A stretch of DNA of 64,000 nucleotides from positions 32,001 through 96,000 of the forward strand of contig CAWKKR010000004.1 of assembly GCA_963850305.1 (NCBI GenBank), in the 5' to 3' direction. The stretch's first letter is position 1. The number at the start of each line of letters is the position of its first letter. The position numbers and the translations under genes were made by a program. This DNA comes from an uncultured delta proteobacterium (GTDB lineage: Bacteria; Myxococcota_A; Polyangia; Polyangiales; Polyangiaceae). The notes under the pieces were generated by a model. The model worked only from the letters and a program-made list of their open reading frames with translations. It made no database searches and was not told where the DNA came from. Below are positions 48,330-58,889 of this stretch, piece by piece.

Positions 48330-51134
48330 CTATCCGCTGTTGCGCAGCCCGGCGGCAATTCCGTTGATCGACAGGTGGATCCCGCGCTTGACGCGCTCGT
48401 TCGTACTTCCGGAGCGATGACGCCCGAGGAGCTCTACTTGCAGGTGATTCAGAGGGTCGAGGTACGGCATCCGGCTCAGGATCGAGCGTCGTAGGACCGG
48501 CGTGCCGCCGAGAATCTCCTTCTGTTCCGTGATGGCGAGAACGGCCCTGCGCGCGAGCTCCCATTCCCCCTCGATGCGCTCGAAGATCGCGTTTCCGAAC
48601 GCGGAGTCGACCACCAGGTCCGCGTACCGCGATGCGATCGCCATGTCACTCTTGGCAAGCACCATCTCTAGGTTGGAGACGACGGTGCGAAAGAACGGCC
48701 AGAAGGCGTACATGCGACGCAGCTCGGCGAGGGCCGATCGTCTTTCGAGCTCGACCGCGACCGCAGAGCCGAAGCCGTACCAGCCGGGGAGCAACACGCG
48801 ACTCTGCGCCCAGCTGAACACCCATGGAATCGCACGAAGGTCCTCGATGCGACCCGACGCCTTCCGAGACGCGGGCCGGCTCCCGATGTTGAGCTCGGCA
48901 ATCTCGAGCAGCGGCGTCGCAGTGCGAAAGTATTCGGCGAAGCGCGGCGTCTCGTAAACCAGCGACCGATACGCGGTGTACGCGCGCTCGGACAGGCCCT
49001 CCATCACGGCACGAAAGGCTTCGGAATCGGTGCGATGTTCCACGTCGAGAAGGCTCGCCTCGACCGTCGCGGCGACGATCGTCTCGAGGTTGCGGCGCCC
49101 GATTTCCCGATCCGAATATTTGCTCGCGATGATCTCGCCTTGTTCGGTGATCCGGATCTGACCTGCCACCGCCCCCGGTGGCTGCGCGAGGATGGCCTCG
49201 TACGTGGGGCCGCCGCCTCGTCCGATCGAACCCCCGCGTCCATGGAAGAGACGAAGCGTGAGGCCCGCTCGACGGCAGAGGTCGGTGAGTCGAACTTCCG
49301 CCTGATAGAGCTCCCAGCTCGAAGTGAGAAAGCCCCCGTCCTTGTTGCTGTCCGAATAGCCCAGCATGACCTCGACGGTGCCCCCCCAGCTCGACTCCGC
49401 CATCGACCGGACGCCGGGCAACGAGAGGAAGCATTCCATCACGGCCTCGCAACCGCGAAGATCGGCGATCGTCTCGAAGAGTGGAACGACGCGCATCGCG
49501 ATTGCCGGTTCGGCGCCGGGACGCATGAGCCCCGTTTCGCGCAGGAGAAGCATCACTTCGAGGAGATCGGACGCGGACGTCGTCTTCGATACGACGTAGT
49601 TGGGAAGGGCCGTCGCGCCATGGCTCGACTGGAGTTCGCGCGCCGCGCGCATGATGGCAAGCTCGCCTTCGGTCTCATCCGTGTACCGCACGAAGGGTGA
49701 CACCAGCGGCCGCGACGTCGATAGTTCGGTGGAGAGGATTGTCTGGCGCTCTCGTTCGGTTCTCTCGAGGTAGTTGGGGTCGACGGAAGCTTGCGCCAGG
49801 AGCTCCGTGACCACGCGCTCGTGGACGTCGGAGTTCTGACGCAGGTCGAGCGACGCGAGATGGAATCGAAATGTTCGCGCCGCGTGAAGAAGACGTTCGA
49901 GACGTCCCGAGGCGAGAACCGCCCCGTGATTCTCGACGAGAGACGCGCTGACGATCTCGAGCTCCGTCACGAACTCGGCAGCGCTCGCGTACGGCGGTGC
50001 GCTCGCGGCCGGGTGTCGGAGCGCGCGCTGCTCGTTGAGCTTGTCTGCCGTCGCCGCGAGTCGCGCATAAATGCCGACGAGCACGCGACGGTACGGCTCG
50101 TCCGCGCGGTGCTCCGAGTGATCCGGCGACGCGTCCGCGAGCGCGATGAGACGCGCCGACGCTTTGACCATTCGGAACGAGAGCGGCAACTCTGCGCCGA
50201 GCGCGTGCACCTCGTCGAAGTAGTGTTCGAACGCGACGCGCGACTGTGCGCGAACCGCATAGAGGAGCACGTCGCGCGTCACGAACGGGTTGCCGTCGCG
50301 GTCCCCCCCGATCCAGCTGCCTATGCGCAAGAACGGGGGCAGTTGCCACGGTTCCGGCCCCGGAAAGGCGCTCTCGAGGCGCTCCTCGAGCTTCGAGTAG
50401 ATCAGCGGCAGCACGGCGAGAAATGTGTGCCTGTAGTATGCGAGCGCGTTCTCGACTTCGTCGTAGACGGTGAGCTTCGAGGGCCGGAGCATGCGGGTCT
50501 GCCAGAGCGTTTCGATCTCGCGCTCGAGCGAGCGGGCGTTCTCCGCGCGCTCGTCCTCGAGGAGGCCGGCAGCGTCGCGCTCCGTCAAGAGCCGGGCGAT
50601 CGCTGCCTGGCGATCCAGGATGCTCTTTCTTTGCACCTCGGTCGGATGCGCCGTGAGAACGGGGCTGATGGACGCGTGTTCGAGGACGCGACGGAGCTCC
50701 GCTCCCGTTATTCGCGCGGCCTTGAGGACGTCGAAGGCTCGCTCGATCGAACCCTCTCCGGGACCGTCACCACCGAGGCACGCCTCACGATGGATCCGGT
50801 TGCGATGTCGGTCCTCGGCGATGTTCGAGAGATGCGAGAAATACGTGAAGGCGCGCACCACGGAGATCGCCGCTTCGATCTCGAGGCCGTCGAGCTTCCG
50901 GGCGAGCGCCGCTCTCACCTTCGGATCTCCGTGGCGACGAAATTCGATCGCAGTCCTGCGGATGTCTTCGACGGTGTCGAATAGCTCGTCGCCCTCGTGT
51001 CCGCGGAGCGTATCGCCGAGCAGCCGACCGAGAAGTCGAATGTCCTCGCGCAGGGCCGGGGCGAGACGATCCTCGCCGTTCAGGCGCGCAGGGACGCGAT
51101 CGGGGCGTCGGCGCGCGCTGGTCTTCGCGGGCAC
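48330..51134 (-). CDS. ppc: Phosphoenolpyruvate carboxylase
   Basis: VLTAHPTE, GGDRDGNP, MLGYSDSNKDGG, FHGRGGSIGRGG, LRAIPW, GLRNSG. Confidence 0.97.
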   Translation of the reverse strand: MPAKTSARRRPDRVPARLNGEDRLAPALREDIRLLGRLLGDTLRGHEGDELFDTVEDIRRTAIEFRRHGDPKVRAALARKLDGLEIEAAISVVRAFTYFSHLSNIAEDRHRNRIHREACLGGDGPGEGSIERAFDVLKAARITGAELRRVLEHASISPVLTAHPTEVQRKSILDRQAAIARLLTERDAAGLLEDERAENARSLEREIETLWQTRMLRPSKLTVYDEVENALAYYRHTFLAVLPLIYSKLEERLESAFPGPEPWQLPPFLRIGSWIGGDRDGNPFVTRDVLLYAVRAQSRVAFEHYFDEVHALGAELPLSFRMVKASARLIALADASPDHSEHRADEPYRRVLVGIYARLAATADKLNEQRALRHPAASAPPYASAAEFVTELEIVSASLVENHGAVLASGRLERLLHAARTFRFHLASLDLRQNSDVHERVVTELLAQASVDPNYLERTERERQTILSTELSTSRPLVSPFVRYTDETEGELAIMRAARELQSSHGATALPNYVVSKTTSASDLLEVMLLLRETGLMRPGAEPAIAMRVVPLFETIADLRGCEAVMECFLSLPGVRSMAESSWGGTVEVMLGYSDSNKDGGFLTSSWELYQAEVRLTDLCRRAGLTLRLFHGRGGSIGRGGGPTYEAILAQPPGAVAGQIRITEQGEIIASKYSDREIGRRNLETIVAATVEASLLDVEHRTDSEAFRAVMEGLSERAYTAYRSLVYETPRFAEYFRTATPLLEIAELNIGSRPASRKASGRIEDLRAIPWVFSWAQSRVLLPGWYGFGSAVAVELERRSALAELRRMYAFWPFFRTVVSNLEMVLAKSDMAIASRYADLVVDSAFGNAIFERIEGEWELARRAVLAITEQKEILGGTPVLRRSILSRMPYLDPLNHLQVELLGRHRSGSTNERVKRGIHLSINGIAAGLRNSG

Positions 51135-51146
51135 CGGTTCAACTCC

Positions 51147-52499
51147 TCAGTTTCGCCACGCGAGAGGTTGCCTCGTGGATTCGATGACCGCCATGAAGAG
51201 ATCGCCGCCGGTATCGACCTGCTTGCGAAAGCGCGTCGCCAGGGCGAGGGGGACATGCACGAACCGTCCGTGCCAGCGCCCGATGAGCACCTCCGTGTTG
51301 CCCGCCATCGCGGCGTGCACGGCATGCCGCGCGAGGTTCGAGCAATAGAGGCCGTCGGTCGGCGAGGCGGGACCGCTGCGGATGTGGTAGCTCGGGTCGA
51401 TGTATTTCAACGTCACGTCGATCCGACGCGACGCGAAATGCTCGAGGAGTCGCTCCTTGAGAACGATGCCCACGTCGTGAAGGCGGGCGTTGCCGCTGGG
51501 GTCGGTACGACCGGTCCGAGAGCCCGTGAAGAGTTCCTGACCGGCGCCCTCGGCCACGACGATGAGAGCGTGGGAACGCTCCCGGAGCCGCGTCTCGACG
51601 AACGCGAGGAGCCCGCCCTCGCCCTCGAGCGTCAGCGGTACTTCCGGAACGAGTACGACGTCGACGTCTGAAGAGGCGATCGCGGCGTGGCACGCGATGA
51701 ACCCCGAGTGGCGACCCATCAACTTCACCACGCCGATGCCGTTCTTCGCGCCAGTCGCCTCGACGTGCGCGCTCCGGATCACGTCCACGGCGGAAGAAAA
51801 CGCCGTCTCGAATCCGAAGCTACGGTCGATGAAATGGATGTCGTTGTCGATCGTCTTCGGTATGCCGACGACCCCGATGGAGAGGCCGCGGCGCTCGATC
51901 TCGCCGACCAGCGTCATTGCGCCCCGCAGCGAGCCGTCGCCACCGATCACGAACAGGACGCCCACGCCGAGCTCTTCGAGGCGATTCACCATTTCGCCCG
52001 GGTCCTGGAGGCCGCGCGACGTACCGAGCGCGGTGCCGCCGTCGCGGTGAATGGTCCCAACGAACGCGGGGGTGAGCCTCACGGGGTCATGGCCGCTCTT
52101 GCCCACGAGACCGCTGTAGCCATAGCGAAACCCGATGATGTCCTGGACGCCGTAGCCGTGGGCAAGCTCGAGGACCAGCCCGCGGATGACGTTGTTGATT
52201 CCGGGGCAGAGGCCACCGCATGTGACGATGGCCGAACGCAGTCGTCCCGTGTCGAAAAAGATGCGGTCGCGCGGCCCTGCAAGCTCGAACGCGGGGACTG
52301 GACCGACGCCGCGCTGGGCGATCTTCGATAGTCGGTCGTCGAGAAGGACCCGGTCCGCCTTGCCGACATAATGGAGCGCGCCGCGGGATAGGCGGCTCGC
52401 GAGCGGAGAGGGGTAACGACACTCGCCGAGGATCTTGATATCCAGATCGGGGGCTACGACGCGGTCGGCCCTGTCTGGAACGGTGAGCGAAGCGGACAT
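51147..52499 (-). CDS. pfkA: ATP-dependent 6-phosphofructokinase
   Basis: TCGGLCPG, GGDGS, GIPKTIDND, MGRHSG, IDPSY.IRS; GGAGG RBS. Confidence 0.9.
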   Translation of the reverse strand: MSASLTVPDRADRVVAPDLDIKILGECRYPSPLASRLSRGALHYVGKADRVLLDDRLSKIAQRGVGPVPAFELAGPRDRIFFDTGRLRSAIVTCGGLCPGINNVIRGLVLELAHGYGVQDIIGFRYGYSGLVGKSGHDPVRLTPAFVGTIHRDGGTALGTSRGLQDPGEMVNRLEELGVGVLFVIGGDGSLRGAMTLVGEIERRGLSIGVVGIPKTIDNDIHFIDRSFGFETAFSSAVDVIRSAHVEATGAKNGIGVVKLMGRHSGFIACHAAIASSDVDVVLVPEVPLTLEGEGGLLAFVETRLRERSHALIVVAEGAGQELFTGSRTGRTDPSGNARLHDVGIVLKERLLEHFASRRIDVTLKYIDPSYHIRSGPASPTDGLYCSNLARHAVHAAMAGNTEVLIGRWHGRFVHVPLALATRFRKQVDTGGDLFMAVIESTRQPLAWRN

Positions 52500-52596
52500 C
52501 CTCCTTCCCTGTTCTAGGGTCACACTGGTTTCATGTCGCTTTCGGCAATGCTAAGGGAGCAGCAACTGCCGAGCCTTGCCAGGCCTGTGGGATAGC

Positions 52597-53319
52597 TCAT
52601 CCGTCGGCGGCCGCGGCGAGGAGCGCCGGCGGGGACGTCGCGTGGTCGACACGGTCCATCCACTCGGCGACCCTCGGCCGCACGTGCACGAGCGACCAGC
52701 CTTCGACGGTCGCGCGGATGCAGAAGAACTGCGCGAAGACGGCGATATCCGCGAGGCTGAGCGCCGTCCCGACGAGAAACCGACGATCGCCGAGCATGTC
52801 GGCCACACTCGCGACGTGACGCTCGAGGTCCGCTCGAAACGTCGCCGGCGACTTTCGACCCGTGCCTTGCGCTCGCGTGAGCGCCCGGATCTCACGGGGG
52901 ACGACGACGCGCGCCATCCTTCGAAGTGCGGGGCCCTCGTACTTCGTGAGCTCGGGCACCCATTTCTGCGCGTTGTGGCGCATCGCGAAACGCAAGTGCG
53001 CCTCGTAGAAATAGAGGCTTTCGTCGGCCCAGTCCTCGAGGACGTGGACGAGCGCGCGCTCGGCGGGTTGCGACGGCACGAGCGCCGGCTCGGGAAAGCA
53101 CTCTTCCAGGTAGTAAGCGATGTCGGTGGAGTCGAAAACGACGCGACCGTCGTGGTCGATCACCGGAACCTTGCGGGCGGGGTTGATCTTGCGGAGCCTG
53201 CCGGCCGCGCGCGAGACGAGGTCGATCTCGCGAACCTCGAACGGTTGCCGCTTCACGTGGAGGATGCGACGGACCTTGTCGCAGAACGGCGAAATTTCCT
53301 GCTGATAGAGCGTGATCAT
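52597..53319 (-). CDS. Glutathione S-transferase family protein
   Basis: SPFCDKVR, NPARKVP, DSTDI, SLADI. Confidence 0.9.
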   Translation of the reverse strand: MITLYQQEISPFCDKVRRILHVKRQPFEVREIDLVSRAAGRLRKINPARKVPVIDHDGRVVFDSTDIAYYLEECFPEPALVPSQPAERALVHVLEDWADESLYFYEAHLRFAMRHNAQKWVPELTKYEGPALRRMARVVVPREIRALTRAQGTGRKSPATFRADLERHVASVADMLGDRRFLVGTALSLADIAVFAQFFCIRATVEGWSLVHVRPRVAEWMDRVDHATSPPALLAAAADG

Positions 53320-53529
53320 GCCCTCACCCATTCCCGCAGGCGTCGCCATGGCGCCTCGCGTCGTTTACCTTGCCACCCGCTCGGTGGGTGCGCCCTAGCG
53401 GCGAACATGCCGAAATCGCCCTGACTGGAGGAACCGAAGGTCTTCGCGCACTTGCGCCTCGGACGCGACTGGGATACTTCGCGGGCTCCCGACGGGGAAA
53501 CGAGGCGAATGGCAGACGCGAGGGATCCG

Positions 53530-54123
53530 ATGGGATGGGACGTGCGGATGGCCGTGCTCGCGATTGCATTCGCGGCGCCCGGGCTCGTCTCGCGGCCGGC
53601 CCTGGCGGAAGAGCCGCCGGCCCCGGCAACCGCGCCAGCGCCAGCCGCAGACTCGGCCACGGCTGGCCCCACGACGGACCTGGTCGACAAGAAGCCTTCG
53701 AACTACGAGTTCGCCTTCGTGTCCGTCGCCGCCTACCAGAATTGGACGCTGGTCGACCGCGTCCTTTTCTTCGGCGCGGGCGGCGGACTCGGCCCACCCC
53801 TCTACAGGTACTCGAAACTCGGCAGCAACAAGGCCGGCTGGGATCCGGACCTCGACATTGCATATGCCAACGTCTACCTGCGAGTCGCCGCCTCCCGCTT
53901 CGTCGACATCGATGTCGGACCCAAGATCGCGATCGGCAGCGCGCTCTACAACGTCAAGGACCCGCCGCAGAGCGCATTCTCGTTCGGTGGCTACGTCGAT
54001 CTGCGCGTCGGATCCCCGACGATAAAGTTCGGGCCCCGGTTCGAGTTCGATCACGTCGCTTACTCGGACTACTCCGAGACGGGCTGGCGGATCACGCCGC
54101 TCCTCCTTCGAATCGTTCACTGA
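53530..54123 (+). CDS. Hypothetical exported protein, possible beta-barrel; start uncertain
   Basis: Signal peptide ending ALA, Pro/Ala linker, alternating aromatic beta-strand pattern. Confidence 0.6.
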   Translation: MGWDVRMAVLAIAFAAPGLVSRPALAEEPPAPATAPAPAADSATAGPTTDLVDKKPSNYEFAFVSVAAYQNWTLVDRVLFFGAGGGLGPPLYRYSKLGSNKAGWDPDLDIAYANVYLRVAASRFVDIDVGPKIAIGSALYNVKDPPQSAFSFGGYVDLRVGSPTIKFGPRFEFDHVAYSDYSETGWRITPLLLRIVH

Positions 54124-54151
54124 GCGGCCCTTCCAGGTTGAACCATCCGAG

Positions 54152-54931
54152 ATGGCCGCCGACGTCTCGACCCTTTTCGATCTGACGGGCCGCGTCGCCG
54201 TGGTCACGGGTGCGTCGTCCGGGCTCGGGGTGACGTTCGCGCAGGGCCTCGCCGGAGCGGGGGCACGCGTCGTCGTCGCAGCGCGAAGACGGGAGCGAAT
54301 CGAGGCCCTTGCGAAAGATCTCATCGCAACCGGACACGAATCGGTCGCCGTCGAATGCGACATCGCGGATGCCGGTTCGGTCGATCGCCTCGTGGAAGCC
54401 ACGCTGGCGCGATTCGGACGCGTCGATGTGCTCGTGAACAACGCCGGGCGGGCAAACGTTGCGCCCGCGGCGGCCGAGAGCGCGGAGGATTTCCGGAGCG
54501 TGCTCGAAGTGAACCTCGTCGGCGCATTCGTGTGTGCACAGAGATTCGGCCGCGTGATGCTCGAACGGAAGAAGGGCACGATCGTCAACGTCGCGTCGGT
54601 CTTCGGCCTCGTCGCTTCGGGACTCATTCCACAGGCGTCGTACAGCGCCTCCAAGGGTGGGCTCGTCAACCTGACACGCGAGCTCGCGGCACAGTGGGCA
54701 CGCCTCGGCGTTCGCGTGAACGGCATCGCACCCGGATTCTTTCCGAGCGAGATGACATCGGACATGTTCGGGGCCGAGGACGGCGTCCGATTCATCCGGC
54801 GCCGCACGCCGATGGGGAGAGCCGGGGAGCCCCGCGAACTGCTCGGCGCGATGCTGTTTCTCGCGTCCGACGCGAGCAGCTACGTCACGGGGCAGACGAT
54901 CGCGGTCGACGGTGGCTGGACGATTGTCTGA
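54152..54931 (+). CDS. SDR family oxidoreductase
   Basis: TGASSGLG, NNAG, YSASK, VNGIAPG, DGG. Confidence 0.93.
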   Translation: MAADVSTLFDLTGRVAVVTGASSGLGVTFAQGLAGAGARVVVAARRRERIEALAKDLIATGHESVAVECDIADAGSVDRLVEATLARFGRVDVLVNNAGRANVAPAAAESAEDFRSVLEVNLVGAFVCAQRFGRVMLERKKGTIVNVASVFGLVASGLIPQASYSASKGGLVNLTRELAAQWARLGVRVNGIAPGFFPSEMTSDMFGAEDGVRFIRRRTPMGRAGEPRELLGAMLFLASDASSYVTGQTIAVDGGWTIV

Positions 54932-54943
54932 AGTCCGTCCGCC

Positions 54944-54983
54944 TTTACACTTCTTCACCGAGGCGCCGGCAGCCTCTTAACGT
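54944..54983 (+). promoter_or_regulatory. Candidate OmpR/CpxR-type box (TTTAC-N5-TTCAC) and -10 element (TAACGT)
   Basis: Direct repeat at 54944-54958 upstream of the cpxP-like/regulator/kinase genes. Confidence 0.4.
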
Positions 54984-55035
54984 TGGTGCCGCATCCTGAG
55001 CTCGCCGCCACGAAGAAGCGGCAAAGGAGACCAGG

Positions 55036-55497
55036 ATGTTTGGATTTTTGATCGGTACGGCTTGCGCATTCGGGGTCGCCGCCCTGGCGGCGCGGAGGCA
55101 CCACCGCTTCCACCACCACGGCCGGGGTCATCACGGCCGCGGGTTCCGCAGACGGTGGATGCGGCGCGTCTTCGAACGCCTGGACACGACGCCGGGACAG
55201 GAAAAGGTCATCGCGACGGCCATCGACGACTTCAGGGAGTACGCCGCTGCCGCGAAAGAGAACCTGGAAGACACCCGAAAGAAGGTCGCCGAGGCCATCG
55301 ACGCGGAGCACCTCGACGAACGCGAGTTCGGCCACATCTTCGACGAGCCGCTCGAGCGCCTCCGCGAAATCCGCGACGAGTTCGCGAAGACCGTGACCAC
55401 CATTCACGAGACGCTCACGCCTCGGCAGCGAGAGCAACTCTCGGGCGTCATAGGGCGGGGCACGCGCTGGGGCTTCCACCCCCGGCACGCGTGCTGA
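55036..55497 (+). CDS. Spy/CpxP-like (heavy-metal-sensor type) protein with a His-rich N-terminus
   Basis: GGAG RBS, N-terminal hydrophobic anchor, LDTTPGQ and LTPRQR motifs. Confidence 0.75.
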   Translation: MFGFLIGTACAFGVAALAARRHHRFHHHGRGHHGRGFRRRWMRRVFERLDTTPGQEKVIATAIDDFREYAAAAKENLEDTRKKVAEAIDAEHLDEREFGHIFDEPLERLREIRDEFAKTVTTIHETLTPRQREQLSGVIGRGTRWGFHPRHAC

Positions 55498-55517
55498 GAC
55501 GGAACGAACGCGAGTCC

Positions 55518-55543
55518 GGCGGGGCGGACGACGCCGCCCCGCC
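55518..55543. other. Perfect 10-bp GC stem-loop between the cpxP-like gene and the response regulator
   Basis: GGCGGGGCGG-acgacg-CCGCCCCGCC; no U-tract. Confidence 0.6.
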
Positions 55544-55575
55544 GCGGGCCTCGAGCCTGATAGGCTGAGGGAATC

Positions 55576-56256
55576 GTGGCACGAGTCCTCGTCATCGATG
55601 ACGACGTCCGGTTGTTCGAGCTTCTGTCGAGTTATCTCGATGAGAACGGCGTGGGGACCGCGCACGCCATGGACGGTCCGCATGGCCTCGATGCGCTCGA
55701 GCGAGACGCTTTCGACGCGGTGCTGCTCGACGTGATGATGCCCGGCATGGACGGCCTGGCGGTGCTCCGCAAAATCCGCGAGCGGCGTGCAGTGCCGGTC
55801 ATCATGCTCACCGCCAAGGGCGACGAGACCGACCGCGTCGTCGGCCTCGAGCTGGGCGCTGATGACTATCTCGCCAAGCCGTTCAGCCCGCGCGAGCTCC
55901 TTGCGCGACTGCGAGCGGTGCTGAGGCGCGCGCAACCGGACGCCATCGGACAGCGACTCTCGAACGGCGACGTCACGGTCGACGTGCCGTCGAGGCTGGC
56001 GGCGGTCCGCGGGGAGCCGGTCGAGCTCACTGGACTCGAGTTCGATTTGCTCGTCGCACTGATGCGGCGAGCCGGACGCGTGGTGCCGCGCACGGTGCTG
56101 CTCGAAGAAGCGGGGCGAAGCGACGTCACCGTGAGCGAGCGCACCGTCGACGTCCACATCTCGAACCTACGGAAGAAACTCGGCGACCGCGAGCGCGAAC
56201 GTCCCATGATCCGAGCCGTGCGGGGCGTCGGCTACGTGCTGTCGAAGGATGCATGA
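55576..56256 (+). CDS. OmpR-family response regulator
   Basis: VIDDD, LDVMMP, GADDYLAKPF, RTVDVHISNLRKK, VRGVGY. Confidence 0.95.
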   Translation: MARVLVIDDDVRLFELLSSYLDENGVGTAHAMDGPHGLDALERDAFDAVLLDVMMPGMDGLAVLRKIRERRAVPVIMLTAKGDETDRVVGLELGADDYLAKPFSPRELLARLRAVLRRAQPDAIGQRLSNGDVTVDVPSRLAAVRGEPVELTGLEFDLLVALMRRAGRVVPRTVLLEEAGRSDVTVSERTVDVHISNLRKKLGDRERERPMIRAVRGVGYVLSKDA

Positions 56257-57307
56257 AGCGGCACCGGGAGCTCCCCGAACACTGGCACCATCGTCACCGC
56301 CACCGGTTCGGGCCCCGCGGCGCGCCGCTCCACCGTCGCATCTTCTGGTGGTTCGGGCTCACCATCCTGTCCATGGGGGCGGTCACGTCGTGCGTGGCGC
56401 GGCTCCTCGCTCCCGGAGGGACGACGCTGAGGGCGCATGCCCTGCTCGCTTTCGTCACGAGCGGCGTCACGCTTTGGCTCGCGTCGTTCATCGTCGCGCG
56501 GCGGATCGGCAGACCGCTCCGCGAACTCGCGATCGTCGCGCGCGAAATCGGTGAAGGCAAGCTCGGGAGCCGCGTGCAGGTCGGCTGGCATCAGCCAGGC
56601 GAGGTCGGGATGGTCGCGGAGTCCATCAACGACATGGCGGCACGCATCGAGAAGCAATTGTCGGATCAGCGCGAGCTCGTCGCGGCCGTGTCACACGAGA
56701 TCCGTGCGCCCCTCTCCCGCCTGCGGGTCCTGGTGGAGCTGGTGCGCGAGCGCGGCGCCGACGACGCAACCCTCGCGAAGCTCGACCGCGAGATCGTCGA
56801 GATCGACTCGCTCGTCGGCGATCTCCTCGCCAGCTCCCGGCTCGAATTCGCGCTCGTTCAGTTCCGGGGACTCGACGCGGCGGCGCTCGCCGCGGAAGCG
56901 CTCGACCGAGCCGGGCTGCCCGCGGACCGACTGATCGTCCAGACCACGGACACGCGGTTCGAAGGCGATGCCACCCTCGTCGCCCGGGCCCTCGCGAATC
57001 TGCTCGAAAACGCCGCCCGCCATGGGAACGGCGCGACGCGGATCGTCGTCCGGGACGGCGACGCTCGGACAGTCGCGATCGAGGTGGAGGACGACGGACC
57101 AGGTTTCTCGCCGGACGTGCTCCCTCGCGCGTTCGAGGCGTTCCAGCGTGGACAGGTGGAGAGGCGCGGCTCGACTTCGCTGGGACTCGGGCTTGCGCTG
57201 GTGAGGCGCATCGCGGACGCTCACGAAGGTACGGTCAAGGCGGAGAACCGGGCAGAGGGGGGGCGCGGGTCGTGCTCGCCCTGTGTCGACAGCCCCGAAC
57301 GTCGTGA
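56253..57307 (+). CDS. HAMP-domain sensor histidine kinase; probable 1-nt loss in a G run at 57257-57263 (as given, the ORF runs to 57461)
   Basis: Two TMs, HAMP, VSHEIRAPL, NLLENA, DDGPG, GLGL; adding one G restores EGGARVVL...* at 57307. Confidence 0.85.
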
Positions 57308-57319
57308 ATCCCCTCCCCC

Positions 57320-58744
57320 ATGCAATCCATCGTCGACCTCCTCCTCGGGCGCGCCAATCTCGGGTGGTTCGGGTCACTCACTGCCGTATCCCAGATCATC
57401 GCGCTGCTCACGATCCCGTCGGTGCTGCTCCGGCGGCAGGGACGCCCCCGCTCGGCGCTGAGCTGGCTCTTGATGATGTTCGCACTTCCGGCGATAGGAG
57501 TGGTCGGGTGGTGGGCGTTCGGGCGTACGAGCATCCTCAGGCGGCGACGGCGACGAGTCGAAAGCACCCGGGCCTTCGTGGAGCGCTACGGTCGCGCCCA
57601 CTCCGAGGGACCGACCCCGTTCGACGGCCTCCTTCCCCCCGCCGCGCTCGGCGATTCCATTTTCACCAGCACCGGGAACGGAGTGGACCTGCTCTTCGAC
57701 GGTCCGACGGCCTTCCCGGCGATGGAAGAAGCCGTTCGAGGCGCGAAGCGGACGGTTCACGTCATGTTCTATATGTTCCGCAACGACGACACGGGCCGTC
57801 ACTTCCGCGACCTGCTCGTCGAACGCGCGCGAGCCGGCGTCATGGTCCGCGTGCTGGTGGACGCCTGGGGGACCCCGCGCTTCACGGGTTCGTTCAGCAA
57901 TCCTCTCCGGGAAGCGGGCGCCAAAGTCGCGGCCTTCCTGCCATCTCATTTCATGCCGCTCCTCGCTCCCCGGTTCAACTTCGCGAACCACCGGAAGCTC
58001 CTGATCGTGGACGAGTCCGTGGCGTTCGTGGGCGGGATGAACATCGGCGACGAGTATCGGTTGCGCTGGCGCGACGTGATGGCGCGCTTGAAGGGTCCGT
58101 CCGTGCGGGCTCTCGATCACGTGTTCCTGGACGATTGGTTCTTTGCGAGCGGCGATGACGTCGCTTACGCGGAGGCCGACAGCGGCGGACCGTACGGCGA
58201 CGTGGCCTGTGCGGTGGTCGCGAGCGGCCCCGACCGAGCGGCGTACATTCACGACGCGTATTTCTTGCTCTTCACGCGCGCCACTCGGCGCATCTGGATC
58301 GTCACGCCGTATTTCATTCCGAGCGACCCGATCGCAACCGCGCTTAGAACGTCGTCGAGCCGGGGCATCGACGTGCGCCTACTCGTGCCGCTGAGCTCGG
58401 ACGTCGGCGTCGTGAAGCACGCGGCACGCTCGTACTATCCGGAGCTCCTCGCTGCGGGCGCGAGGATCTACGAATACGAGGGCCCGATGCTGCACGCGAA
58501 GGCGTTCATCGTGGACGAGGACATCTCCGCCTTCGGTTCTGCGAACGTCGATTCGCGTAGCTTCCGGCTCAGTTTCGAGATCAGCTGCTTCGTGAAGGAT
58601 CGCGCAAAGAACCGACAGATAACGGGCTGGTTCGAAGATCTCCTCGCCGATTCCCACGAGGTCACCCTCGCCGAATGCGAGGCTCGCTCGACGGGGGAGA
58701 AGCTGCTCGAGTCCGCGGCGCACCTGCTGAGCCCGATGCTTTGA
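57320..58744 (+). CDS. cls: Cardiolipin synthase
   Basis: N-terminal TM hairpin, two HKD motifs (HRKLLIVD, HAKAFIVD), TPYF.P. Confidence 0.9.
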   Translation: MQSIVDLLLGRANLGWFGSLTAVSQIIALLTIPSVLLRRQGRPRSALSWLLMMFALPAIGVVGWWAFGRTSILRRRRRRVESTRAFVERYGRAHSEGPTPFDGLLPPAALGDSIFTSTGNGVDLLFDGPTAFPAMEEAVRGAKRTVHVMFYMFRNDDTGRHFRDLLVERARAGVMVRVLVDAWGTPRFTGSFSNPLREAGAKVAAFLPSHFMPLLAPRFNFANHRKLLIVDESVAFVGGMNIGDEYRLRWRDVMARLKGPSVRALDHVFLDDWFFASGDDVAYAEADSGGPYGDVACAVVASGPDRAAYIHDAYFLLFTRATRRIWIVTPYFIPSDPIATALRTSSSRGIDVRLLVPLSSDVGVVKHAARSYYPELLAAGARIYEYEGPMLHAKAFIVDEDISAFGSANVDSRSFRLSFEISCFVKDRAKNRQITGWFEDLLADSHEVTLAECEARSTGEKLLESAAHLLSPML

Positions 58745-58889
58745 CCCCTCCCGACTCCCCCGGCTGCAATATTCCGGAGAGACGGAAAAGATCCGACTGT
58801 TCTCATGTCGAATCGACATCCCCGGGCCTGCCAGCGCCACCAAGTTCCCGTAAAATCACGCACCTCGAACACCCGGAGTTGTGGCGACG

